In this document: positions 25,932 through 39,622 of the stretch, in pieces
Numbering within the stretch: the stretch's first letter is position 1
How the letters are laid out: each line of letters opens with the position of its first letter
Assembly: GCA_031409655.1 (NCBI GenBank)
Contig: JANNXQ010000197.1
Coordinates: 1 to 43,649 of the forward strand
Direction of reading: 5' to 3'
Source: Chthoniobacteraceae bacterium
GTDB lineage: Bacteria > Verrucomicrobiota > Verrucomicrobiia > Chthoniobacterales > Chthoniobacteraceae
DNA: 43,649 nucleotides
Translations under genes and position numbers: made by a program
Notes under the pieces: generated by a model
What the model was told of the DNA's origin: nothing
The model's database searches: none
What the model saw: the letters and a program-made list of their open reading frames with translations, nothing else

Positions 25932-27230
25932 ATGAAGCGCGGCATGCTCGCGGCATGGATCGCCTTGTGCCTCTTCGCTATCTCTTCAGTCGCTTTCGCG
26001 AAGCCCAACATCGTCCTCATCCTCGCCGACGACCTCGGCGTGGAATGTCTTTCCGCCTACGGCGGCACCTCGCACCAGACGCCGAACATCGATCGGCTCG
26101 CGAAGGAAGGGATGAAGTTCACGCGTTCTTTCAGCAATCCCTTCTGCTCGCCCTCGCGTGGCTCGCTGCTCACGGGGCGCTATCCATTTCAAAACGGGCT
26201 GAAAGTCGTCCTCCACAGCAAGAGCCAGGAGAACATCTACCTGCATCCCTCGCAGCCGAGTTTCGTCCGGCAACTCAAGCAACACGGCTACGCTACGCAG
26301 CTCGTTGGCAAGTGGCACGTCGCGCTGGAGCACAAGCACAACACCATCCGCGAATTCGGGTTCGACCATTCTCAGACCTGGTGCATTTTCGACGAGAAAG
26401 GCGGGAAAACGACGCGCTACTGGCACCCATATCTCATGCGCGACGGGCGCATCATCGCCGATGAAATCAAACACCGCTACGGCCCCGACGTGGACCTCGA
26501 AGTGTATCTCGATTTCATCAAAGCCAGCGCCAAAAGCCAGACACCCTTCCTCGCCTATTACTCCACGTGCCTCCCGCACTACCCGTGGGAGCCCACGCCC
26601 GACAGCAACGAGCGGAGCTACCGCGCACCCGCGCCCGGCCACAAAGGCGACCCGAAATACTTCCCCGAAATGGTCGCCTACCTCGACAAGCAAATCGGCG
26701 CGATGCTTCAGACGCTCGACGACCTCGGCATCGCCGACAACACCATCGTTCTGTTTCTCGCCGACAACGGCACCGACCGCGACCTCATCAACACGTGGGG
26801 CGATGGCAAAAAGATCGCCGGCGGCAAAGGCACCATGACCGACCGCGGCACCCACATCCCGCTGCTCGTCCGCTGGCCCGGTCGCATCCAGCCCGGCAGC
26901 ACCTGCGAGGATCTCGTCGATCTCTCGGACTTTCTGCCCACCCTCTGCGAACTCACCGGTGCCAATCTGCCCGAAGAGAAAATTCACGGCCGCTCATTCG
27001 CACCCCAGCTCTTCGGAAAACCCGGCAATCCCCGCGAGTGGATCCACATTCAAAATGCTGGCGACCGACAACTCAGAAACAGCGACTACATACTGGACAA
27101 TAAGGACCAACTCCGGCGCGTCGTCGAACTGTGGGAAGAGCCCGCCAAACCCAACGAAAACAAAGAGCCGGAAAAAGAAGCCGCCGCCCGAAAGACGCTA
27201 CGGGCAGCCTTCGATGCATTGGGAAAATGA
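25932..27230 (+). CDS. Cys-type sulfatase
   Basis: PNIVLILADDLG, CSPSRGSLLTGRYP, GKWH, ADNGT. Alternative GTG start at 25914 overlaps the upstream stop. Confidence 0.9.
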   Translation: MKRGMLAAWIALCLFAISSVAFAKPNIVLILADDLGVECLSAYGGTSHQTPNIDRLAKEGMKFTRSFSNPFCSPSRGSLLTGRYPFQNGLKVVLHSKSQENIYLHPSQPSFVRQLKQHGYATQLVGKWHVALEHKHNTIREFGFDHSQTWCIFDEKGGKTTRYWHPYLMRDGRIIADEIKHRYGPDVDLEVYLDFIKASAKSQTPFLAYYSTCLPHYPWEPTPDSNERSYRAPAPGHKGDPKYFPEMVAYLDKQIGAMLQTLDDLGIADNTIVLFLADNGTDRDLINTWGDGKKIAGGKGTMTDRGTHIPLLVRWPGRIQPGSTCEDLVDLSDFLPTLCELTGANLPEEKIHGRSFAPQLFGKPGNPREWIHIQNAGDRQLRNSDYILDNKDQLRRVVELWEEPAKPNENKEPEKEAAARKTLRAAFDALGK

Positions 27231-27309
27231 AACAAGCCCACCATTGCTACTGGAACTGTGCCTTTCGCACGGGCCTCGGGAGCGCCCGCCCACTACGGAT
27301 TGGCGCACA

Positions 27310-29904
27310 ATGATCTTCATTAAAAAACTTGCGGCGTTGACGCTCCTTTCGGCCATCGTAGGCCAAGCCGGAGCCGACGAAAGCAAATACGTCCTCGACC
27401 CTGACACGCAGATCACTTTGCCTGCAGGCTTCGACGCTGAACTTCTCTACTCCGTCCCCACCGAGCAGGGCTCGTGGGTGGCGATGGCTTTCGACCCCAA
27501 GGGCCGACTCATCGTTTCGGATCAGGATAGCCAGGGCGTCTTTCGCGTCACCTTGGCCAAGGAAGGCAACCCCTCCTCGAAGCTCAGCGTCGAGAGCCTC
27601 AAGGGCTTTCCGTATCTCCCGATCAAATGGGGGAAGCGCACCGTCGGCGGTGCCTTGGGTTTTCTTTGTGCCTTCGACAGTTTGTATATGTCGTCGATGA
27701 AGGGTTTTTATCGGATCCGTGATACCGATGGCGACGATACGTATGATGAGTTCACGCTGCTCAAGCCATTGGCGATGGGCTATGAACACTCGGCGCACTC
27801 CATCATTGTGACGGAAGATGGCAAGGACCTGTATCTGGTCTCCGGCGACCATTCGCGGGTGCCGCCGGGCGTACCGAGCCTGCAGCCACCTGTCTGGCAA
27901 GAGGACTCGCTGCTCCCGTCGATGCCTGACCCGCAGGGCCATGCCGTGGGCATCAAGGCACCCTGCGGCTGGATCTGCAGGATCTCGCCCGACGGCAAGG
28001 ACTGGACGGTGATCGCCTCGGGCCTGCGCAACTCTGTCGATATCGCGATCAACCGTGAGGGGGAGTTGTTCACGTATGACTCCGATCTCGAGTTCGACAT
28101 CGGCAGCCCATGGTATCGGCCGACGCGGGTGAACCATGTCACTTCGGCCAGTGAGTTCGGCTCGCGTGCGGGCTCGGCGAAGTGGGCGGAGTATTTCGCC
28201 GACAGCAACGGCGCAGTGATCAACATCGGACCGGGGTCGCCGACCGCGCTCAGCTTTGGCCATCACTCGAATTTCCCCGATTATTACCAAGACAAACTCT
28301 TTTGCTGCGACTGGACTTTCGGGACCATTTACACGGTGGATATGGAAGAGAGCGGCTCGAGCTATACCGGCACCAAGAAGGAGTTTCTCAATGGTACACC
28401 GCTGAACATTTCCGCCATGCGCTTCGGACCAGACGGACACATGTATTTCCTCGTCGGTGGCCGCAACACCGCTTCGAAGCTCTACCGCGTGCGCTCCACC
28501 GGCCCGACTCGCGATGGACCAAAGAAGAGCCTCGTCGCAAATCAGCCGCTCAGGGATTTGCGTCATTCACTCGAAACTTTCCACGGCAGTCGCACCGGTG
28601 GAGCAGCCGCAATCGAAAAGGCATGGCCCTATTTGTCTCATGCCGATCGAGAGATCCGTTACGCCGCACGCTTGGCCATTGAGAACCAAGACCTCGCACT
28701 GTGGCAGGACAGGGTTTTCGCCGAATCGAATCCACGCGCCGTCATCTACGCGGCCATCGCGCTTTGCCGTCACGGCGAGAAATCCTTGTCGAGTCGAGTC
28801 TTGAAAAAACTGAACGGCGTTCCATTCGGCGATCTGGAGTTGGACGATCAATTGGCGTTGCTGCGGGCCTATTCACTGTGCTCGCTCCGCCTGCACAAGG
28901 CGTCGCCAGCCGAAGTCGCTGCGGTCGTCGCCAAGGTGAACCCGTTCTACCCCGCCAAGGACGAAACGCTCAACGCTGAGCTTTGCCGACTACTTAGCTA
29001 TCTCGACTCGCCAGACGTGGTCAGCAAGACCATCGCCATGATGAAGGTCACGCAGACCAAGGCCTTCGCCCACGACACGGCGATGCTCGCGCGGCACGAG
29101 TATGGCGAGGCCATCCTGAAAGCGATGGCCAACACGCCCAACACGCAGAACATCCAATATTCCTACTCGATTCGGCGCGTGCATTCCGGCTGGACGCTCG
29201 ACGATCGAAAGTTCTACTTCTCCTGGTTGAACGACACGCTGGAAAAAAGTGGTGGCAAGAGTTTCGCCGGCTACATCCGCGCGATCCGAAAGGACGCCAT
29301 CGAGCATCTCTCCGCGAATGACGCGGCAGCCGTATCATGGCTGCTTGGCGATGTCGCGGCGGTGGACCTCAGCAAGCTACCGTTTCCGAAAGGCCCTCCG
29401 GGTGGATGGACGACGGAGACGATGCTGGAGTTGCTCAAGACCGACCTCACCGATCGGGATTACGAGAACGGTAAGAAGATGTTTTCAGCCGGCAAATGCG
29501 TGGCCTGCCATCGGTTCGAAGGAGCCGGTGGCTACTCCGGCCCCGACCTCGGCTCGGTCGCCAAGCGCTATTCGATCAAGGATATCCTCGTCGCCATATC
29601 CGAGCCCAGTCAGTCCATTTCCGAGCAATACCAAGCCAGCACGGTCTTGCTGAAAGAAGGCGGGATGCTCTACGGACGAGTCATCTACCGCAATGACAAG
29701 GAAATCGCCCTCGCAGTGAATCCCTACGATTTCAGCGTTCTCACCAAGACAGCAATCGTTGACGTGGAAAGCGTGGAGCCATCGCAGGTATCCATGATGC
29801 CGCCTGCAACGATCGCCATGATGAACAAAGATGAGCTGTCCGACTTAATGGCCTACCTCATCTCGGGCGGCGACCCAAAATACAAGGTCTTCAAGCAGCA
29901 GTGA
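27310..29904 (+). CDS. PVC-type beta-propeller/HEAT/c-type cytochrome protein (putative membrane-bound dehydrogenase family)
   Basis: Signal peptide MIFIKKLAALTLLSAIVGQAGA; LPAGFDAELLY, GLRNS and YDSDLEFD propeller motifs; C-terminal CVACH...GPDL...SMMPP. Confidence 0.85.
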   Translation: MIFIKKLAALTLLSAIVGQAGADESKYVLDPDTQITLPAGFDAELLYSVPTEQGSWVAMAFDPKGRLIVSDQDSQGVFRVTLAKEGNPSSKLSVESLKGFPYLPIKWGKRTVGGALGFLCAFDSLYMSSMKGFYRIRDTDGDDTYDEFTLLKPLAMGYEHSAHSIIVTEDGKDLYLVSGDHSRVPPGVPSLQPPVWQEDSLLPSMPDPQGHAVGIKAPCGWICRISPDGKDWTVIASGLRNSVDIAINREGELFTYDSDLEFDIGSPWYRPTRVNHVTSASEFGSRAGSAKWAEYFADSNGAVINIGPGSPTALSFGHHSNFPDYYQDKLFCCDWTFGTIYTVDMEESGSSYTGTKKEFLNGTPLNISAMRFGPDGHMYFLVGGRNTASKLYRVRSTGPTRDGPKKSLVANQPLRDLRHSLETFHGSRTGGAAAIEKAWPYLSHADREIRYAARLAIENQDLALWQDRVFAESNPRAVIYAAIALCRHGEKSLSSRVLKKLNGVPFGDLELDDQLALLRAYSLCSLRLHKASPAEVAAVVAKVNPFYPAKDETLNAELCRLLSYLDSPDVVSKTIAMMKVTQTKAFAHDTAMLARHEYGEAILKAMANTPNTQNIQYSYSIRRVHSGWTLDDRKFYFSWLNDTLEKSGGKSFAGYIRAIRKDAIEHLSANDAAAVSWLLGDVAAVDLSKLPFPKGPPGGWTTETMLELLKTDLTDRDYENGKKMFSAGKCVACHRFEGAGGYSGPDLGSVAKRYSIKDILVAISEPSQSISEQYQASTVLLKEGGMLYGRVIYRNDKEIALAVNPYDFSVLTKTAIVDVESVEPSQVSMMPPATIAMMNKDELSDLMAYLISGGDPKYKVFKQQ

Positions 29905-30275
29905 GCCAAAATCAGGGCCTATTCAAAACGAAATCCCCGCCGATCCACCTCAATCAGCAGACGATCACAACATTGACTGTGTCGTGTATCACTCAAAAGT
30001 GGAATTCTGCGTGCGATCAAAACCGGACAGGATTGAGGCGGAGTTAAGAAGCCGGTGAATGGAGGAAGGATGAGAGGGAAGGTGTTTTTTGAGGGTTGGG
30101 ATTTGAGGAAGAAGCGGTCGCCGGCCGGGAGGAAACAGCGGGTCAGATGGGAGCGTGGCGGTGCGTTCACGGAAATCCGCCAATACTTACCTCGACATTA
30201 ATCCATCCATCCTACCCTCTGCCTAACTCCCGCCGCTTTTACAGAGAAAAATTCCGCCGCCGACTTTGGAGAGAC

Positions 30276-30359
30276 GGCTTTGCGAGGTTGTTTTGTAACG
30301 TTGCGGGTTTGCTTTGTTGCTCGGTCAGTTTGCGGCGTGACTTTGCAGGTTTGTTTGGC
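30276..30359. repeat. Four degenerate 21-bp tandem repeats
   Basis: GGCTTTGCGAGGTTGTTTTGT / AACGTTGCGGGTTTGCTTTGT / TGCTCGGTCAGTTTGCGGCGT / GACTTTGCAGGTTTGTTTGGC. Confidence 0.6.
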
Positions 30360-30506
30360 GCCGTTGTCCGCAGGCTCCGTGATGGGACATGGCGGCAAAG
30401 CGGCGCGGTGAATTTGGATTCGTGGCCGGGCGGTTGGCTTCGGATAGCGTCGGCAGGGTGGCTCGCCGCCTGAACCCAAGAAAAGGACAAAGCGCGGACA
30501 TGGACC

Positions 30507-30552
30507 GTGACCCAGACTTCTGGCGTGTCCCCAGGCGGGACGCTTGGGTCAC
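30507..30552. repeat. Inverted pair of REP-like 21-mers just downstream of gltD
   Basis: GTGACCCAGACTTCTGGCGTG on + and GTGACCCAAGCGTCCCGCCTG on -; GTGACCCA/TGGGTCAC arms. Confidence 0.5.
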
Positions 30553-30559
30553 AACGCCA

Positions 30560-32044
30560 CTATGGCAGATCCGTGTGGCCCATGAGCCAGCGGTCGCACT
30601 CGCGTGCGGCTCCACGGCCTTCATTGAAAGCCCAGACGACGAGGCTTTGGCCGCGGCGGCAGTCACCGGCGGCGAAGACTTTGTCGATGCCCGTGCGGTA
30701 TTTCTCGAACTCCGCTTTGACGTTGCTCCGGGCGTCACGCTCGACGCCGAGGGAGTCGAGGAGGGGTTGCTCGGGTCCGAGGAAGCCCATGGCGAGCAGG
30801 ACGATTTGCGCGGGCAGGATTTTCTCAGTGCCGGGGACATTCTTCGGGATGAACTGGCCCTTGTCATTCCGCTCCCAGAACACTTGCACGGTGTGGACGG
30901 CTTTGACGTTCCCATTTCCGTCGTCCTCAAATCTCGTCGCCGTGGTCGTATAGACGCGCGGGTCGTCGCCGAATTTCGCGGCAGCTTCCTCCTGGCCGTA
31001 ATCCAGCTTGTAAACCTTTGGCCATTCGGGCCACGGGTTGTCCTTGGCGCGATCCTCCGGCGGCTTGGGCATGATCTCGAGTTGCACGAGGCTCTTGCAG
31101 CCGTGCCGCATGGAAGTGCCCACACAATCGGTGCCGGTATCGCCACCGCCGATGATCACGACGTCCTTGCCTTCGGCAGTGATGAAGTTGCCGTTCTTGT
31201 GCCGATCGAGGATCGACTTGGTGTTCGCCGTGAGGAAGTCCATCGCGAAGTGGATGCCCTTGAGCGGGCGGCCCTCGATGGGAAGATCACGCGGCTTGGT
31301 CGCTCCCGTGGCGACCACGACGGCGTCGTTGTCCTGCAACAGGTTCTCCGCGGGCAGATCTTTTCCAACCTCGGTGCCGCAGACAAATTTGATGCCCTCC
31401 GCCTTCATGACATCGATCCGGCGCAGGACGACCTGCTCCTTGTCGAGTTTCATATTCGGGATGCCATACATCAGCAGGCCACCGGGACGATCCGCGCGCT
31501 CATAGACGGTGACGCTGTGCCCGGCCCGATTGAGTTGCGCCGCCGCGCTCAGACCCGCCGGCCCAGAGCCGATCACGGCGATACTTTTCCCCGTCCGTTT
31601 CTGCGGCACGATGGGCGTGATCCAGCCTTCCTCCCAACCCCGATCCACGATCGATGCCTCAATGTTCTTGATCGTGACCGGCGGCGCATTGATGCCGAGC
31701 ACGCACGAACCTTCGCACGGCGCCGGGCACACGCGCCCAGTGAACTCAGGAAAGTTGTTCGTCTTGTGCAGCCGCTCCAGCGCCTCTTTCCACAGCCCGC
31801 GATAGACCAGATCGTTCCATTCCGGGATCAGATTATTGATCGGGCAACCACTCGCCATGCCACTGATGACCGTCCCGTTGTGGCAAAATGGGATCCCGCA
31901 ATCCATGCACCGCGCGCCTTGGGTGCGCAGCTTCTCCTCCGGCATGTGGAGATGAAATTCACCCCAGTCCCGAGTGCGTTCGAGTGGTGAACGGTCGGCC
32001 GGTATTTCGCGGAGATATTCGATGAAGCCCGTTGGTTTTCCCAT
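30560..32044 (-). CDS. gltD: Glutamate synthase small (beta) subunit
   Basis: [59 protein letters not shown]. Confidence 0.97.
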   Translation of the reverse strand: MGKPTGFIEYLREIPADRSPLERTRDWGEFHLHMPEEKLRTQGARCMDCGIPFCHNGTVISGMASGCPINNLIPEWNDLVYRGLWKEALERLHKTNNFPEFTGRVCPAPCEGSCVLGINAPPVTIKNIEASIVDRGWEEGWITPIVPQKRTGKSIAVIGSGPAGLSAAAQLNRAGHSVTVYERADRPGGLLMYGIPNMKLDKEQVVLRRIDVMKAEGIKFVCGTEVGKDLPAENLLQDNDAVVVATGATKPRDLPIEGRPLKGIHFAMDFLTANTKSILDRHKNGNFITAEGKDVVIIGGGDTGTDCVGTSMRHGCKSLVQLEIMPKPPEDRAKDNPWPEWPKVYKLDYGQEEAAAKFGDDPRVYTTTATRFEDDGNGNVKAVHTVQVFWERNDKGQFIPKNVPGTEKILPAQIVLLAMGFLGPEQPLLDSLGVERDARSNVKAEFEKYRTGIDKVFAAGDCRRGQSLVVWAFNEGRGAARECDRWLMGHTDLP

Positions 32045-32099
32045 TTTTTGAAGGTGAAGTCTTTACTGTTCCCTGTGGTTTGTGAATCCCGATGTGCGG

Positions 32100-36689
<4,590 letters not shown>

Positions 36690-36971
36690 GTGGTTTTTCT
36701 GCTATACGCTGAAAGCGGGTGCGAAGCTGCGAACGCCAGCGAGAACGTGCGCAGCACTGGAGGTTTTCCTTGGAAAATCCCCCACCCCGGACGAGCGCGT
36801 TTCCGCACCCCGCTCCCCTTTTCATCTGGCGGGAAAAAAGGAGTCGGGGATTTATGGGCCTCCCCCCCCTCTGGTCAAGTGCTCGTAGGCCTCCGGGAGA
36901 AAATATTTCACCAAGGGCCGGACACGCCCCGCTCGCCGCTCATTTTCGCGCCAGCTTCCGATCGTCGGACT

Positions 36972-38084
36972 TCAGGCCTCCGGGTAAAACGGGAAGTCCG
37001 TGTAACCCTCAGCACCGGGCGCCGACCAGACCGTGACCTCCGCTGGCGGATTCAGTTCCCAACCGTTTACGAAACGCTCCACGAGATCTGGATTGCTCAG
37101 GAAAGGGCGACCAAAAGCCATGAGATCGGCGTGCCCCGCGAGGAGGGCCGCTTCCGCCCCTTCGGACGTGTAGCCGCAATTTCCCATCAGCGGCCCGGAA
37201 AAGACGGCGCGGAACTCCGCGAGCGTCATTGGCGTGCCTTGCTCGTGGAATCCAAACGCCAGCCCATCCACGACGTGGAGATAGGCGAGGCCAAATGCGT
37301 TCAACTCGGTCGCCGCATGTGTGAAGGTTTCCCGGAAATCCGGCGCGCCCATGTCGTTGAAGTTCCCGTTCGGCGAAAGCCGCACGCCCACACGATCTGC
37401 CGTCCAGACCGTCAGGATCGCCGCAGTGATCTCGCGCAGAAAGCGGTAGCGATTCTCGACACTCCCACCGTACCCATCCGTGCGGACGTTGGTCTTCGAT
37501 TGAAGAAACTGATCGATCAAATAGCCGTTCGCCGCGTGGATCTCCACGCCGTCAAACCCGGCCGCCTTTGCCCGCTCCGATGCCTTCCGGTAGTCTTCCA
37601 CCACCGCCGCCACTTCCGCAGTCTCCAGCGCCCGCGGCGCTTCATACGCCTCCTTGCCCTTGGGCGTGTGGATGTATTCGCCCTCGATCTTGATCGCCGA
37701 AGCCGACACCGCTGGCTGCCCGCCATGAAAGCTACTGTGCGAAGCCCGTCCGCAGTGCCAGAGTTGCAGGAAAATCGGCGTTCCTTTCGCGTGCAGCGCA
37801 GCCGTGATCTTTTTCCACCCAGCCACCTGCGCGTCATTATAAATACCCGGCGAATCCACCCAGCCGAAACCTTGCTCGGAAATCGTCGTCGCCTCCGCGA
37901 TGATCAGCCCGGCGGAAGCCCGCTGCGTGTAATATTCGACCATCAAATCATTCGGCACGCGTTCCCGTCCGGCGCGAGCGCGGGTCAGCGGCGCCATCAC
38001 CACCCGATTGCGCAGCGGCAATCCTCGAAGATCAAAGGTGGAGAGCAAGCGGGTCGGAATCAGGTTCGTCGGAGCTTTTGTCAT
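36972..38084 (-). CDS. nemA: Old Yellow Enzyme family alkene reductase (NemA-like)
   Basis: NRVVMAPLTRARA, YYTQRASAG, QLWHCGR, EIHAANGYL, RTDGYGGS, AFGRPFLSNPDL. Confidence 0.9.
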   Translation of the reverse strand: MTKAPTNLIPTRLLSTFDLRGLPLRNRVVMAPLTRARAGRERVPNDLMVEYYTQRASAGLIIAEATTISEQGFGWVDSPGIYNDAQVAGWKKITAALHAKGTPIFLQLWHCGRASHSSFHGGQPAVSASAIKIEGEYIHTPKGKEAYEAPRALETAEVAAVVEDYRKASERAKAAGFDGVEIHAANGYLIDQFLQSKTNVRTDGYGGSVENRYRFLREITAAILTVWTADRVGVRLSPNGNFNDMGAPDFRETFTHAATELNAFGLAYLHVVDGLAFGFHEQGTPMTLAEFRAVFSGPLMGNCGYTSEGAEAALLAGHADLMAFGRPFLSNPDLVERFVNGWELNPPAEVTVWSAPGAEGYTDFPFYPEA

Positions 38085-38207
38085 GGAGGGGTTCGTAACG
38101 GTTCGGCGGGGATGGCAGCGAGCGGAAAATCAGGCCGGACCCAGGCTCCGGCAAAAGTCCCCCTTTACATGCGCGGGGACCGCAGCCCTTGTCTCCGCCC
38201 ATCACCC

Positions 38208-38786
38208 ATGGCCCTCAAAGCAATCATCTACAAAGCGACCCTCCAACTTGCCGACATGGATCGCAATGCCTACGGCGATTACCCGGCGATGATCGCGCGG
38301 CACCCATCGGAGACGGACGAACGGATGCTGATTCGGATGCTCGCCTTCGCCTTAAACGTGCCTGCTTCGGAGGACGAAGGCGCCCTCGAATTTGCCAAAG
38401 ACATGTGGGATGCCGACGAGCCCGGCCTTTGGCAAAAGGATTTCACCGGGCGCATCGTTCACTGGATTGAGATCGGTCAACCGGATGAAAAGCGCCTGCT
38501 CAAAGCCAGCTCGCGCGCCGGTCGCGTGAGCGCCTACAGCTTTAGCTCCAGCACCGCCATCTGGTGGAGCGGGATCGCCACCAAAGTCACCCGCGCGCAA
38601 AACCTCGTGGTCTGGCAAGTACCGTCAGAGCAAAGCCAGGCCCTGGCCGGACTGGCGCAAAGATCCATGACCTTGCAAATCACCGTGCAGGACGGCGCGA
38701 CCTGGGTGGGCGATGGCAACCACTCCATTGAAGTGACGCCGAGACTCCTCTACGGAGACCCGAGCAGCTCGCGACAATCCCGGTAG
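38208..38786 (+). CDS. yaeQ: YaeQ family protein
   Basis: MALKAIIYKA, ARHPSETDERM, EPGLW and WIEIGQPDEKRL motifs. Confidence 0.92.
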   Translation: MALKAIIYKATLQLADMDRNAYGDYPAMIARHPSETDERMLIRMLAFALNVPASEDEGALEFAKDMWDADEPGLWQKDFTGRIVHWIEIGQPDEKRLLKASSRAGRVSAYSFSSSTAIWWSGIATKVTRAQNLVVWQVPSEQSQALAGLAQRSMTLQITVQDGATWVGDGNHSIEVTPRLLYGDPSSSRQSR

Positions 38787-38835
38787 TTGGAAAGGCGGAT
38801 GGGGCCAAGCCGCCGCGGCCCAAGACCGCACTTCT

Positions 38836-38879
38836 AAAAAAGAGCCGGGAGCAAACAGGTTATCCTGTCGGCTCCCGGC
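38836..38879 (-). terminator. Rho-independent terminator of the histone-like gene
   Basis: GCCGGGAGC..ACAGG-loop-CCTGT..GCTCCCGGC hairpin followed on the minus strand by TCTTTTTT. Confidence 0.7.
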
Positions 38880-38923
38880 GGTGAGATGGTGACTGCAGTG
38901 ATCCTAATTCGAGACCGTGGAGA

Positions 38924-39481
38924 TCAGCCTTTCGCCTTTTTGATCTTGGCCCAACGGCGCGTCGCGGCTGCCGCCATTTTCGCCCTGGCTTCAGGGCTGA
39001 TGTTTCGCTTGGCCTTCTTTCCGCTCTTCGCAGCAGGTCCGACCTTAGCGGCCTTCGCCGATGTTTTCGGGGCATTGAGTGCTGGCGCTCCCTTGGCCCG
39101 AGCGGCCCAGCGTGCCTTCATGGCGGCCGCCAATTTCGCGCGCCCTTCTGGACTTAGTCCGCCTTTTCCTTTCGCCTTGGCGGCCGGTTTCGCAGCCTCC
39201 GCGACCGGAGCCGCTGCCCCGCCCCGGGCCTTGGCCCAGCGCGCCTTCTGCGATGCGGCCATCCGCGCCCGCACTTCAGCCGAACGCTTGACGCCCCGCC
39301 TTCCGCCACGCTTTGCCCCGCGGGTGCGGCCAGCAGGAGCAGCGACCGGCGACGCTGACGCCACCGGAGCCGAGTTAGAGTTAAAGAGTCGGCCAAGCTC
39401 GGCGCGCAGCGATTCGAGTCGCTCGGCGATTTCAATCGCGCGTTTAAGGTTGGCAATGGATGGGATGATTGGTGTGGACAT
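38924..39481 (-). CDS. Lys/Ala/Arg-rich histone-like, putative DNA-binding protein
   Basis: N-terminal coiled coil (LKRAIEIAERLESLRAEL) and three S.E.RA(R/K)(M/L)AA....RWA repeats separated by AK-rich linkers. Confidence 0.75.
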   Translation of the reverse strand: MSTPIIPSIANLKRAIEIAERLESLRAELGRLFNSNSAPVASASPVAAPAGRTRGAKRGGRRGVKRSAEVRARMAASQKARWAKARGGAAAPVAEAAKPAAKAKGKGGLSPEGRAKLAAAMKARWAARAKGAPALNAPKTSAKAAKVGPAAKSGKKAKRNISPEARAKMAAAATRRWAKIKKAKG

Positions 39482-39622
39482 GAAATAAGTCCTAACAAGG
39501 CATTTAGGTGGCGTCAACAGGAGTCTCCATTCTTAGATGCCTGGTATTCGCGCCTCGAAGGCGGTTATCCTCCCACCGCAAATGTCGTCCACCCTGGGAC
39601 CTCATTGACCTTACGCCCCCCA

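Noticed and set aside
29919..30027. Possible PIN/VapC toxin C-terminal fragment (ARRIPLLSDTRH)
   Set aside because: The similarity is too short, and no acidic PIN residues or antitoxin are present.
30276..30359. CRISPR array
   Set aside because: Units are contiguous and degenerate, with no spacers and no cas genes.
36690..36971. Riboswitch or nitrogen-regulated sigma54 promoter upstream of gltB
   Set aside because: No recognisable aptamer or correctly spaced -24/-12 motif by eye; an Rfam/Infernal scan would be needed to exclude one.
36690..38207. 698-aa ORF suggesting a long N-terminal fusion to YaeQ
   Set aside because: The extension is antisense to nemA; YaeQ similarity starts at ATG 38208.
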